Positions 1 through 13,362 of a stretch of 64,000 nucleotides of DNA are shown piece after piece. Source of the DNA: Leucoraja erinacea (taxonomy: Eukaryota). The number at the start of each line of letters is the position of its first letter. Positions within the stretch are counted from its first letter, which is position 1. A program made the position numbers and the translations under genes. The notes under the pieces were generated by a model. That model was not told where the DNA came from, made no database searches, and saw only the letters and a list, made by a program, of their open reading frames with translations. The DNA lies in NCBI RefSeq assembly GCF_028641065.1, contig NC_073388.1, forward strand, positions 31,806,001-31,870,000, given 5' to 3'.

Positions 1-914
1 TGTTGTTTTTTAATGATTATAAGCATTTAATCTTACTTTACAAATGGAAAATGAAAACAAAATTGCCCATTTTAATGAATTGCCTCTATCCATGGTTTCT
101 TCCTAGTGGGAGGGGGAGTTGCGGAGAAGGGGTGAGGTAGAGGGGGAGGGGAAGTGGGGGTGAGGGTGGGGGACGAGGGAGGTGAGAATGGGAGGGGGAA
201 GGGAGGGGGGTGGGAGGGGGAAGGGGAGGGGCAGAATGGGGTTGATGAAGGTGAGGGGAGGAGGGTTGGAAGAAGCAAGGTGAGGGTGGAAGTGGGAGCA
301 GGAGTGTGAATTGAGTCACCAGAATGAAGATGAGGACCACACTATTTGATCACCTATCCAATCCTACAGTATAGGATAGCAGTTCTTTTTTGCGACAAAT
401 CATTATTACTCATTGGTAATGATAACACCAAAGAAGGTTCACTATATCATCATGTAGTGCAGATAATCTATGAAGTTCAGCCTCGATATGAGGCTAGGAA
501 TTAAAGTTCCATATTGAGATACGAGCCTTTCAGTGAAAGAAAAGTAATATCCTGGATTCCACCACATTGTTGAGAACAGATTAGGAGGCCACTCATCCTA
601 ATAAACATATCTACCCATGGAAATCTAGGTTTCTCCTATCACTACACCCATCTATCACTGTCAAGATATTTACTTTAACTTCTCTATCTGGTCCATTTTA
701 TATCTTTACAAGATAAAATACAATGGAAGGGTCTGATTGTATAAACTAATGAAAAGATTCAAGGTGCAATCAGTGGCACTAGTTGAATACAGTGGCATAT
801 TCAGAGACTTAAACCTTGCTATTTATTTTTGATTGTGGCTTTTAATGTATAGCGTACCATGATTAGGATTTTTTTTAATTTCTCCAGTAACTTGTTTGAC
901 ATCATTCATTCACC

Positions 915-1025
915 TATGTCATAGTCATGCAGCATCTAACCAGCATCTAACTCATCAATGCTTACCAAGATGCCTATGTAAGGTAGTCCTATTTATTTGT
1001 GCTTGACCCACATTCCTCCAATCTT
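915..1025 (-). mobile_element. Degraded CR1-type LINE 3' end fragment
   Basis: Resembles the reverse complement of the CR1 3' tails at 13850-13950 and is similar to 31080-31240. Confidence 0.5.
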
Positions 1026-4000
1026 TTTTTCCTCTGCATCTCTTGCATTGCAGGTGATATTTGCAGATTGTGTCAAATTAGGATGAATGTAGGAACAATA
1101 GAATTTTATAAATAATGAAGAAATTAGAGAGAACCCAAGATAAAAAATATTGCAGTGGCTGGTGAAATCCAGTACAGTTCATTTGCAAGCTAATTAACAA
1201 TAAGAAAAAAAGGGGAGACATACTCACACTTTCAGTGGTGACAAACTAACTGGGAAAGAAGTTGAACGCATTCTGAGACTGGTTGGAACTCAGTTTCTCA
1301 TCAGCGTTGGATATAAATTGCAGTTAAAATCCTTTGAGTCATGGATTGGCCTGTAATTTATCATACGGGACTAATGTGAAATGTGGCTTCAAATTAGTTA
1401 CGTTAAAAAACAGCCTAATTACTGGAAGAGTAAGCTAGTGTTTGCCAAAAAGCAATAATTCTAAAAAAAAGAAACTACCACTTGCCATAAATATTCTAAT
1501 TAAATAGAGGATTCCATCTCAATGTTACCTTTAGCTCATTTATTATCCACCATGCTCATGTGTTCCTTTCTCAGTATAAAATGCACTGGAAGATTTATTT
1601 TTCTGTCACAAGATATGGCTCAAAGAATCAGGACACATGTAGTTTACAGAATAGACAAAGGTGAATAAAGAGCAGACTGGTGAAAATTGTATCTGAATTA
1701 ATTTTAACTATATATTGGAAAGCGTTATAATTCTGGCTGAAATAATTCTTATGTTTCTTTCTGTGAGAGATTTTTAAGATTTGCCCATTAATGCAATCTA
1801 TTTTATGGTTTGCAACTGTGTAGTCACTTTTTTAAATTGTTGCCACTGATCATTTCAATGCAATTACTAGCCTTCTAAACAACCTTTTGCTTTATTTTCA
1901 TCGTCCTTTATTATTTCAGAACTGCTATTTTATTTGTTAAAAGAGGCCTCTATCCATCAAAGAATTCAACAGAACAATTTCACATTAATTCACCAAAAAA
2001 CTGATCAGACACATTAGGAACCAATTCTCCTAAAAATAGACAGGCTGAGTGTCGAGGTTTAAATGAATTTGAATCTCTTGTCAATCACAAATGTTAGGAG
2101 AAATATTTCCCCAATGGCTCCAATTCCGAATAAGGGAAGTTCACGTGACAGATCTTAAGGGTATCTTAATTTCTATCCTCTAATTGAAAGCACAATGAAT
2201 TTACAATGAGAAGCTCTCTGAAGAATTTGTTAGCAATGCTCCTGAGGGAACATGCAGTTTTCGGCTGCTTATTCATCCTCATAGTGTTCAATAGTCTAGT
2301 AAACAGTTTCACTTCTTGTCCTAACTCACACTGCACCAACATCCCAGGCACTCCTGAACTAATGCAATGGTCTCAGAGTAGACATTTTTGATATCCAGAG
2401 AGCATGTTTACATCTTATAAAATAGGAAACTTATTTTCATGAATAGAAATTTGACATGAGCGTATGGGACTAGAAGGTGCAAATATCATTATTCTCAGTG
2501 TTGAAGAATTGCTCAGTCTTCAAGGTGATTTGTGTCACTACTTCAATTTTTTGCCAAGATTTACCAAATATTTTTAGACTTGTCATTTTTAGCCATTGAA
2601 ATCCTTTTTAGTGTCTGTTCTGTTTTTACATAATGCCACTTGCTTCTGAGAGACTCATTTGAAATTATTTTCTCTTTTAAATTAAGAAGTTCATCCTGTC
2701 ACAAACCTATCTATCTTAAAACAGGTATTAACTGTCATTGGATGTAGGAATATCACTTTTAATTCTATTTATTATTTTTGTGAGGAGCTGAAGGAATTGA
2801 TAGGAGAATTTAATATGAAGCATCCTCTGCAGTTTTATGTAAGATGTTTACATAATACATTAGGGAGAGCAAATTTGTCAGTTCTTCTGGAAATTCATTA
2901 CTAATAATGTGCACACTTCAAAGAACACTGGCTGTCCTGTGCAGAGAAGCTGACGATCCACACTGCACTGAATGACCTTGCTAGAATCCGCCCTACAGTA
3001 ATAATTCAAAATATGTTAAGAATTCATTTCAGATGCATTTTTGGAATAAAGAATAGGAGGAAAATGCGGCGATTGTATTATACATTTTGCTATTTTGCAG
3101 TCTCCCCCCTCTCCCATCAGCAGGCGTATTTCAAACAGGTGGAGCCCATAATGAGCATTTGATCCATGGGTGAAAGCATTATATCTCCAATGAATGTCAA
3201 AGTCTTCCATTGAATTGAGTGATTGTGGGAAGCAAGAGGATGTCATCTTAAATGTTACACTTAAAAATTATAAGGTGTGGATGAAGATTTTAGCGACAGG
3301 AACAGCATAGTGATGGAAGATGTGGAAATTATACTGTAAGTAGAAAATAACAATTTTTGCGATGGTTGTGCATGCTGCTCCGATGTGCTGGAGTTCATAT
3401 ACAACATATGGTGTCTATACACCGGTGAGTTCAGCCTGAGCAAGCAGCTGTGCTGGAGATTGGATCAGAAGCAGAGAGGCTGGCAAGAGCCAAACAGGTT
3501 GGCTCATCATTGCCAACATTTAACTAGACTTGATTGTAATGGTTAAAATTATAAGCAACCATTATTGAAGATCTTCAATAATTCAATTTCTGGAAAACAA
3601 TAGTTAATGGAAAATTCAGTATATCTGCTAAAGTTATTCTACTGTTGCTAGCTGGGTGCTTTTTATAACCACTGAATAATGAAAGGGGTTTAGAAATAGA
3701 ATAATGACTTCATAGGTAAGTTGTATTTCTGAGTAGAAACTCACCTGTAAAGTTTATGAAACTCTTCAAAAAGAAATCCTTTACCATTTTACACCATTCA
3801 CTAATGATATGTGTGAGTAAAACCATTCAAAAATAAATCTTTCATTAAACTGTCACGGCTGATTGTTTAATCAGCTTAGGTTCACAAATCCCAGAGTTTG
3901 GCAAAACATCCAAGTCAAAATCCGGCACAGAACCAACTCAATTATTGGCAAATTTGTATTTACTGATGATACTTAAGAGCATTTGCTGGTTGATTTAAAG

Positions 4001-4069
4001 CTGTGGGGTAGCTGGCAATTTATATATTCCAAGCATTTGATTCAGCTGAAGAATAAACTTGATTCAAAG

Positions 4070-4640
4070 AGAAGCACAGCGATTACAACTGTTGCCTCGC
4101 AGCTCCAGAAACCAGGGTTCATATCTGATCTCAGGTATTGACTGTGTGGAGTTTGCACATTTTTGAAGTGAATGTGCGAGTTTCCTCTGAATACTCTAGT
4201 TTCATCCCATTTAGTTTTAGCTTTAGAGATACAGTGTGGAAACAAGCCCTTCGGCTTACCGGGTCCATGCTGACCAGCAATCAATGATACATTAGTTCTA
4301 TCCTGCAGACTACGGACAATTTACAGAAGGCAATTAACCTACAAACCTGCCGTCTTTGGACTGTGGGAGGGAAACGGAGCACCTGGAGAAAACCCACACT
4401 GTCACAGGGAGAACGTGGAAACTCCGTACGGACAGCATTGAACCCGGGTGAAATTATCTGAAAATATGCGAGTTATTCAGCCAATTGACGAATGTAAATA
4501 TTGTCCATTGTGTGTAAATAGTGGAATCTGGGGGAAATTATTAGGAAAGTGGGATGAATAGGTTACCATGAGAATTACCGTGGAATGGGATTGCTTTATG
4601 AGCTGATATGGACTTGATGGTCAACATTGCTTCTTTCTAT
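4070..4640 (+). mobile_element. tRNA-derived HE1/V-SINE-like element, interrupted by a second SINE
   Basis: tRNA-like head (gcctcgcagctccagaaaccagggttc), V-domain motif tgtgtggagtttgcac; 3' part resumes near 4451. Confidence 0.6.
4210..4450 (-). mobile_element. HE1/V-SINE-like element nested in opposite orientation
   Basis: Reverse complement of V-SINE core (ggagcacctggagaaaacccacac...acagggagaacgtggaaactcc) with CR1-like tail (ggaaacaagcccttcggc). Confidence 0.7.
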
Positions 4641-4899
4641 TCATAAAGTAGAGGGTAGGCGCAATATGGAAAATATGCACCTACCCTCTAAATATGTGTT
4701 TATCCATCGTAATAGTACAATATTCCAGAGTGACTCTTCTTCCAATAGGTGTTTGACATTTCAAACATGGCCATAAAATGATGTAACAAATGTTGCCAAG
4801 TGATTATACCTATTTTGTGGCCATTTTTATGGATGGTTTGATAACCAGACAGTTAGATTTGTGAATTCAATGACTTTGTGCTCATACAATCTCATTTCA

Positions 4900-7800
4900 A
4901 TAGATTCCCAACTGGGGAAGTAAAATCAGACATAGACTGTTATCAACTCAGCTGTTATTAACTAAATTGAATGCACAGATTAAATTCTGGAAAACATTGC
5001 TGTTGTCCTTAATAGGCAGAATAAACGCTATAAAAATATTTTTTTTACCACAAATATTATACCTATTCCAATCAATACTTTTATACATACCAAAAAACTT
5101 ATTTAAAAAGCTAGACCCTAATATTGCAATTTTCATTTGGGACTATAAATCACATAGAATCCAAAGATAACATTTGTATAAACCCAAATATGCTGGGGGA
5201 CTTTCACTCCTGAACTTTTTGTACTACTACTGGGCAGTGCATATGAAAAATATAATCTATTGGTTGGACAATTCTGCCCAACAACCAGAATGGATAAAAA
5301 TGGAGAAAGAGGACTGTTCTCCTTTTAATAGAGGAGCGATCTTCTTCTCCCCGATAAAAATGAACAACACAATATACAAGAAGAACCCAATCATCCATAA
5401 TACAATACGAATTTGGAAACAAATAAAATTAACTTTAAAATTAAGAAATCTATCACTTTTAACCCCATTAGTTATTATTCCAGCATTTAAACCATCTTTC
5501 TCGGATAAAACATATAACCAATGTGAAAAACTAGGAATTAAACGGATCGGTGATATGTACGAAATGGGAAACTTGCTGTCATTTCAACAATTACAATCAA
5601 GTTACAAGCTGATAAATAACCAATATTTTAAATATGTTCAGATTCGTGACTTCCTGAAAAAATATATACAAGGATACCAAACTTTAACTCTAGACTCATT
5701 TGAAGAAGCAATGAACAATAAGGCTGAATCAAGGAAATTAATATCATATTTATCTTAAATATAGAATTACCACAGACAGAGGCACTTAAAGAAGAATGGG
5801 AACGAGAACTACTGATAAAAATCCTGAAAGAAACTTGGGAAAAACACTTGATATATATATACATAAATATTTGATTAATGCAAGACATAATTTAATTGAA
5901 TTTAAAATTCTACACAGATTATATTATTCGAAAACTACATTGCACAAATTCTACCCAAATACTTCCCCATTTGTGATAAATGTTTATCTCAGAATGCTAC
6001 TATAACACACTCTTTTGTTTCTTGTATAACATTACACAAATTATGGAGCAAAATCTTTGAAATTTCACAAAATTACTTAAGATAAAACTTGATCCTTTTC
6101 ATTTTTGAATTTTATTGAGAAGTAAGTACAATGCAGTGGTACCTTTTTACAGGTGCCAAAAATATGTTAACATAATACATTCTCTGTACAACTTCTTTAA
6201 AAAAAAAATTTAAAGAGAGAAATAAGAAAGAAAGAGATAGTAAGGAATAGAGGAAAGTGTAGTGTGTGTAAATCAAAAGGGGGTGAAAGAGATAGTTAGG
6301 AAAATAAATAAGCAAGAAGAGAGAGCAGGAGGGAGATTATCAAATAGCCGCAAGGAGATGAGTTTTTATATTGGTGATCATCTTTCACCCATACCTGAAA
6401 CCTTTAATTTTTACGATACCGTTGCACCACATGAATCCAAGAAATCAATAAATGGAGATCAACTCGTTAAGAATTGGTCTTGTTTATCTATTAGGAGGAG
6501 TCTCATTTCTTCCAGGTGCGCTGTCCAAAATATTACTAATCCACATTTTAATCGTTGGTATAGTAGCATTTTTCCAAAATTTAAGTTTTTTTTTTGCTGT
6601 TATTAACCCATAATTAAAGAATGAATTTTGGGATATGTTTAATTTGTTCCCGTCTCCCAGTACTCCAAATATAATGTTTTCAGTATTAGGTTCCATTTTA
6701 TCTTAAATAGATTTGTGAATATATCAAAAATATCACACCAAAATTTATGAAGTTTTGTGCAAGAAACAAAAGAATGTGTAATATTGGCATTTTGAGAAAG
6801 ACATTTATCACAGATGGGAGAGATATTTGGGTAGAATTTATTCAGTCTATTTTTTGAATAATATAATCTATGTAGTATTTTAAATTGATTAAATTGTGTC
6901 TAGCATTAATCGAACATTTATGTATGTATATCAAATACTTTTCCCATGTTTCTTTCGAAATTTTTATCGTTAGTTGTTTTTCCCACTCTTATCTAATTGC
7001 CTCTGTTGATGGTAATTCTCTATTTAAAATATTATTATATAGATATGATATTAATTTTTGTAAGTCCACCTTAATATTCATTACTTCTTCCAGTGGATCT
7101 AAAATTATACTTTGAAATCTTTGTATTTATTTCTTAATAAAAACACATATCTGTAGATATTTAAAATATTGGTTGTTATTCAGTTTAAATTTTAATTTTA
7201 ATTGTTGAAATGATAACAGATTTCCCATTTCATACATGTCGTCTACCTTTTTAATTCCCAATCTGTCCCATTGTCTCTATGTTTTATCCATAAGAGATGG
7301 TTTAAATACCGGATTATTCACTATTGGTCCAAACTTGATCCTAACACTGAATTGATTATATTTGGATTACTGGAAGACGAGAATAAATTGAATATGTTTC
7401 AAAAATCATTCCTTAATTATGGTTTAATAACGGCAAAAAAACATACCAACATTTTGGAAAAATATAGCGATACCAACGTTTAAAATGTGGATTTCAAACA
7501 TGTTGGAAACCCTACATCTTGAAGAAATGCAATTCCTCCTATCAGTCAAAGTAGACCAATTCCAATGGATTTGCTCTCCATTTGTCGACTTCTTCGAAGC
7601 ATATGGTGCAGCACAAATATAGAAAAGATCTGTTTCAGGACTGGGTGAATGGTGGTCAAGAACAACAAATAGCTATCTCTCCTTTATTCTTCTGCTTACT
7701 ACCTCTGCTTCTTTTCTCTTCATTTTCTTTCTTTTCTCATTTTCCTTTTCTCACTTTCTGATATCACACACTTCTCTATTTCTTTTCTATTCTTTTTCCT

Positions 7801-7915
7801 TTTTATTGTTAAAATTAAAATAATAAGAAGCGGTACATGAATTGTAACATGCCAATATACACTAGGTACCTATGGTACCATATTATTGTACTTACTTCTA
7901 ATTTAAATTTTTTTT
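4900..7915 (+). mobile_element. 5'-truncated L1/Tx1-clade LINE (ORF2 C-terminal part and 3' UTR), split by an antisense L1 insertion
   Basis: Frameshifted ORF2 peptides LSLIGRINAIK..LPQILYLFQ, GGLSLLNFLYYYWA, EFKILHRLYYSK; sequence resumes at 7331 after a 12-bp duplication; 3' motif tgtacttacttcta near 7890. Confidence 0.85.
6097..7330 (-). mobile_element. Related L1-clade 3' fragment inserted antisense, with TSD
   Basis: PNTENIIFGVLGDGNKLN..NYGLITAKK is homologous to the host copy's PNTELIIFGLLEDENKLN..NYGLITAKK; minus-strand AATAAA and A-rich tail near 6100-6116; flanked by aaacttgatcct at 6085-6096 and 7331-7342. Confidence 0.85.
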
Positions 7916-7924
7916 TTTTAAATC

Positions 7925-9735
7925 CTTTTGCTATGAATTCCATTCACTTTCTTCACTGCCTGCTGCACCTGCATGCCTACTTTCAATGACAGGTGTACCA
8001 TGACACCCAGGTCTCGTTGCATCTTCCCTTTTCCTAATCAGCCACCATTCAGATAATAGTTTACCTTCCTGTTCTTGCCACCAAAGTGGATAACCTCACA
8101 TTTATCCACATTATACTGTATCTGCCATGCATTTGCCCACTCACCCAACCTATCCAAGTCACCTTGTAGCCTCCTAACATCCTCTTCACACATAACACTG
8201 CCCCCCAGCTTCGTGTCATCCGCAAACTTGGAGATGTTGCATTCAATTCTCTCATCCAAATCATTAATAGATATTGTAAATAGCTGGAGTCAAAGCACTG
8301 AGTCTTGCGGCACGCCACTAGTCACTGCCTGCCATTCTGAAAAGGAACCGTTTATTCCTACTCTTTGCTTCCTGTCTGCTAGCCAGTTCTCTATCCACAT
8401 CAATACTGAACCCCCAATACCGTGTGCTTTAAGTTGCATACTAATCTCTTATGTGGGACCTTGTCGAAAGCCTTCTGAAAGTCCAGATATAACACATCCA
8501 CTTGTTCTCCCTTATCCACTCTACTAGTTACATCCTCGAAAAATTCTATAAGATTCGTCAGACATGATTTACCTTTCATAAATCCATGCTGACTTTGTCC
8601 AATGATTTCACCACTTTCCTAATGTGCTGCTATCCCATCTTTAATAACTCTCTAGCATTTTCCCCACTACCGATGTTAGACTAACTGGTCTATAATTCCC
8701 CGTTTTCCCTCTCCCTCCCTTTAAAAAAAAAAGTGGGGTTACATTAGCTACCCTCCAATCCTCAGAAACTACTCCTGAATCTGAAGAGTTTTGAAAAATT
8801 ATCACTAATGCATTCACTATTTCTGGGGCTACTTCCCTATGCACTCTGGGATGCAGCCTATCTGGCCCTGGGGATTTATCGGCCTTTAATCTATTCAATT
8901 TACATAATACCAATTCCCGACTAACCTAGATTTCACTCAGCTCCTCCATCTCATTTGACCCGCGGTCCCCTGCTATTTCCGGCAAATTATTTATGTCGTC
9001 CTTAGTGAAGACAGACCCAAAGTAGTTATTCAATTGGTCTGCCATGTCCTTGTTCCTCATGATCAATTCACCTGTTTCTGACTGCAAGGGACCCACATTT
9101 GTTTTAACTAAGCTTTTTCTCTTCACATATTTATAAAAGCTTTTGCAGTCAGTTTTTATGTTCCCTGCCAGTTTTCTTTCATAATCTAGTTTCCCTTTCC
9201 TAATTAAGCCCTTTGCCCTCCTCTGTTGGACTCTGAATTTCTCCCAGTCCTCTGGTAGGCTGCTTTGCCTGGCTAATTTGTATGCTTCATCTTTTGTTTT
9301 GATACTATCCCCGATTTTCCTTGTTATCCACGGATGCACTACCTTCCCTGATTTATTCTTTTGCCAAACTGGGACGAACAATTGTTGTAGTTCATCTATG
9401 CGGTCTTTAAATACCTTCCATTGCATATCCACCGTCAACTCTTTAAGAATCAATTGCCAGTCTATCTTGGCCAATTCACGTCTCATACCCTCAAAGTTAC
9501 CATTCTTTAAGTTCAGAACCCTTGTTTCTGAATTAACTGTGTCACTCTCCATCCTAATGAAGAACTCAACCATATTATGGTCACTCTTGCCCAAGGGGCC
9601 ATGCACAACAAGACTGCTAACTAACACTTCCTCATTACTCAATACCCAGTCTAGGATAGCCTGCTCTCTCGTTGGTTCCTCTACATGTTGGTTTAGAAAA
9701 CTATCCAGCATACATTCCAAGAAATCCTCCAAGAA
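7925..9735 (-). mobile_element. CR1 LINE ORF2 internal fragment (APE endonuclease C-terminus to RT), disrupted
   Basis: EPTREQAILDWVL..LGKSDH, KSPGPDRLHPRV, GNYRPVSLTS, SKFADDTKL spread over broken frames. Confidence 0.92.
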
Positions 9736-9779
9736 GGAAGGATAAGATGTAGGCTGAGCTACTGTATAGAACCAAACGT

Positions 9780-10110
9780 CTCAGAAATAGTCCCTTTAGT
9801 CCACCACACCCATGTTGAACATTAGGCACCAATTCAGATCAAACCTACACCAATACCCTAATATTCTCCCCACATTCTCCCTAAAATCAACCTCCCACTC
9901 TAAGATTGTACCACTCATATAGGGCCATACTGGGGGCATTTAACCTTGGCCAAATAACCTAGCAATCTGCATGTCTTAGAAGCAGGGGACACAGGAGCTC
10001 CCAGAAGAAATCTATGAAGCCACAGAGAGAATGTGTTCTGGAGGTCTGGATTGGACCTGGATATCTAAGTTGTGAGGTAACTGTTCCACTAGCTGTGCCA
10101 CTGTGTCACC
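9780..10110 (-). mobile_element. Degraded HE1/V-SINE-like element
   Basis: Reverse complement of tRNA head (ctgtgccactgtgtcacc at ~10093-10110) and degenerate V-domain. Confidence 0.5.
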
Positions 10111-10371
10111 CAATATGTTTTAATGGGTTATTTAGAGTTTACAACGGACATGAGATAAACATACAATACAGCATGAATCATAATAATAGTGTTAAAAATG
10201 AATAGTGACTGATAATACTGGTAGAGGTGGAGGTAACAACTGCCTCTCACTCCCAGCTCAGTATTTGCAGTCTATCCAATAATGTCAACAGCTATAGACA
10301 ATCCTTTCTAGCAAAGCAATTCCAATTTTTGAGTTTAACAAGGGATGAAATTAAGTTTTAATTAAGGAAAG

Positions 10372-10438
10372 AACAGCAAAGAGCATCAAAAGATTCCAAA
10401 GTAAAAACAGCAAAGAGCATCAAAGTCTCCAAAGTAAA
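10372..10438 (+). repeat. Two-copy tandem duplication (~33-34 bp)
   Basis: aacagcaaagagcatcaaa(a)g..tccaaagtaaa repeated twice. Confidence 0.8.
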
Positions 10439-10579
10439 TGTGTGATGGTTGTTGATTAGCTTTGTGGGAGGCATGAAGGAACTGAAGGCCAAAATTGAAT
10501 CACATTCAGAGATTTAGGATGGATTCTAATGCATGTGTAAGCAATTAATGATATGTTCCATGATTTCTGTGAGATTTGT

Positions 10580-10778
10580 ACTTCAGGGTGCTCTGGTTTC
10601 CTCTCTATTCCAAATTCCAGGTTTGTAGGTTAATTCACTTCTATAAATTGCTCCTAGAGTGCAGGATGAGAAATTGGAATAACAAGAGCTAGTGTAAAGG
10701 TGAACGTTGGTCGTTGCAGACTCAGTGGGCTGAAGGGCCTGTTCCCATGCTGAATCTCTAAATGAACTAAATTAAATA
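10580..10778 (+). mobile_element. HE1/V-SINE-like 3' half
   Basis: gggtgctctggtttcc..gtttgtaggttaatt..gggctgaagggcctgttcccatgctg..ctaaattaaa tail. Confidence 0.65.
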
Positions 10779-12281
10779 TATCAGAGGACCTGGTAGAAAT
10801 TCCAGGTGCCCTAGCAGTGAAATATGAATCATCATTAGGCATGGGTGAGGTGTCAGCAAACTGTTGTGCTTCTCTTTAAGAAGGCCTGCAAGCAAGGGAA
10901 TTATAGACCAGTGAGTCTAACCTTTGTGCTGGGCAAGTTACTGGAGAGGATTCTGAGTGATAGGATATATAGCAGATGGATAGACAGGGGATTAGTAGGG
11001 ATAGTCAGCATGGTTTTGTACATGTGAGATTTTGTCTTCCTATTTTTTTAAAGAAGTAACCAAAGAGGTTAAATGTAGACATTTTCTATATGGACATCAG
11101 CAAGGTATTTGATTAGGTTGCGTATGGTAGACTACTCCAGAAGGTTAGATCGCATAGGATCCAGATAGAACTTGTCGACTGGATAGAGATTGGCCTTCAT
11201 GCAAGGGAGAGGGTTTTGGTGGAAGGTTGGTTTCCAGACTGGAGGCCTGTAACTCGTGTGTGCCACTGGGTCGCTGCTGAGCCCACTGCTATTTGTAGTT
11301 TATATCAATAATTTGGATGAGAATGTAAAGGACATCATTAGTCATTTTACAGAAGACACTAAAGTTGATGATACCCTAGATAGCGAAGATCGGAATTACA
11401 GGAGGGTTTCTGCAGGAGGACTTGGACAGGTTGGAAGTGCGGGCAGAGGAGTGACAAATGTAATACAGGGTGGCAAAGTGTGCAGTCATGCACTTTGATA
11501 GAAGAAATAAATGCATAGATGAATGGAAGATGTTTCAGAAATCAGAGGTGCAAAGGGACTTGGTGCAGGTTTCCCAAAAGGTTAATATGCAGGTTGAATT
11601 TGTGGGAAGGAAGGCAAATGAAATGTTAGCATTTATCTCAAGAGGACTAAAAAATAAAAGAAATGATGGAGGCCAAGTCATTGGGTATTTTTAAAGAAGA
11701 GATTAATAAGTTCTTGATTAGTAAGGTATCAAAGGTTATGGGTAGATGGAAGGAGAAAGGGGTTTCCCTTCAGTCTCCAATGCTTCAGAGAAAACAATCC
11801 ATGTTTGTCCAACCTCTCCTCAAAGCTATTAGTCAAGGCAGATTGTTGGTGAACCTCTTCTGCACCCTCTCCAAAGCATCCACATCCTTCCTGTAATGGT
11901 GCAACCAAAGCCTTGACCACATTTTTTGCACTCTGTCTAAGATGACATTCTTGGGATTATCACGGCATACTCTTCACCCAGAATTTTTGTTTGAGGTGCA
12001 ACCCTCTCTCCGCCTCTTCAACCTGATGTCAAGGTTGTCATTGTTTATTCTGGAATCTATTCCCTGCTGCAAGGCAGACTCTTTACAGTTCATTCTGAGA
12101 CACAAGGTACCTGTGGCAATTTTCACCTGTCTCCAGTCATCTGAGAGCCATATGAAGGTAGGTAATATTGTAGATAGTGAGATGGTTCTTTAAAAATTAC
12201 ACCAGGATCTTAGTTAAGTCAAATCAAAGCAGGACCTACACAGTGAATGGTAGGGCAATGGGAGTGTTGTCGAGGAGTATG

Positions 12282-12990
12282 AGGCCGAGTGGTGGCGCCA
12301 TCTAGTGTGACCATCTAGCCTCACCAGCGCCTGTTCATCCTTTCATCCATTTTCTTATTATTAGTCTGTTTAAAAGTTTTGTTTTGGAGGTCTTTTAGTA
12401 TTTTTTATGTGAGGGGTGGGGGGGGGGGGGGGGGGGGGGGGGAGAGGGGGAAAGGGGGAAAGGGGGAAACTGTTATTCTCAGTCACTACCTGGTCGAAGA
12501 TGCAACTTTCCTCCGAGCCGCATCTTCGCACCCTCTGACTTTAACATCGTGGAGCCTGGGATCTTTCGCTGAGGTCGCCAGCATTGGAGCTCCACCCAGC
12601 TCGGCCTGTGGACTTCGGGAGCAGCGGTCTCCGGTAGGAAGCGGCTGATTTGGAAACTCCAAGCCACTGAGTGTGTTCTTCCATTCCAATGCTGGAACTC
12701 CATCATCCCGGCAAGAGGGCCTGAAACATCAGGCCACCGTTGCAGTGACTGTGAAGGCCACGATAGGCCCCGACCACGGGTGAACGGAAGGAAGTTGAAG
12801 ATGGCTGGACTTTGTTGCCTTCCCTCACAGTGGGAAATATTGACTCCACTGTGGGGGGATGTTTTTATGTTCTATGTTAAGTGTTGTGATGATATAGTGT
12901 TGTGTTTATCTTATTTGTGTGCTGCATGGTAACTCAAATTTCACTACACCAATTGGTGTATGTGACAATAAATGTCTTTGTCCTTTGACA
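12282..12990 (+). mobile_element. Non-coding retroposon (SINE-like) inserted within CR1
   Basis: GC-rich body, internal poly-G tract, 3' tail ggtgtatgtgacaataaatgtctttg; a similar tail lies antisense at 35940-36050; CR1 sequence on both sides. Confidence 0.5.
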
Positions 12991-13204
12991 TTGCTCCATG
13001 AAAGTGGCATCACAGGTAGATAGAGTGGTAAAGAAAGCTTTACGTACATTGGCTTTCATAATAGCTTGGATGGGGATTTTAATCGGCATGAACAAGTTGG
13101 GCTGAAGCGCCTAATTCCGTACTGTATGACTCTATGATTCTAAAGTTACAGAGACTCCTAAGAGTTAAAGATGTGCAAGGTTGTTGGCATTTGGAGATCA
13201 TTAT

Positions 13205-13362
13205 TTATACAAAACTGTAATGTTTTATTCTTAATGCTTTAATGTTTTATGTTTTATTCGAAATTGTTTACTGTATGTCGTTTTGTTACTTGTGAGCGGA
13301 GCACCAAGGCAAATTCCTTGTAATTGTACATACTTGGCCAATCAACATTCATTCATTCATTT
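13205..13362 (+). mobile_element. Rex1-type LINE 3' tail
   Basis: gagcggagcaccaaggcaaattccttg..cttggccaat + (attc)n; matches 29870-30020 and the antisense copy near 40070-40130. Confidence 0.7.

Noticed and set aside
72-340. Pro/Ser-rich ORFs over a G-rich tract
   Set aside because: Low-complexity G-runs; no domain signal.
1021-1200. Polypyrimidine tract and cag acceptor-like site at ~1053
   Set aside because: Downstream frames hit stops quickly; no convincing donor.
3275-3500. Possible small exons (VDEDFSDRNSIVMEDVEII; gtaag and gtgagt donors)
   Set aside because: No polypyrimidine tract and no recognisable protein.
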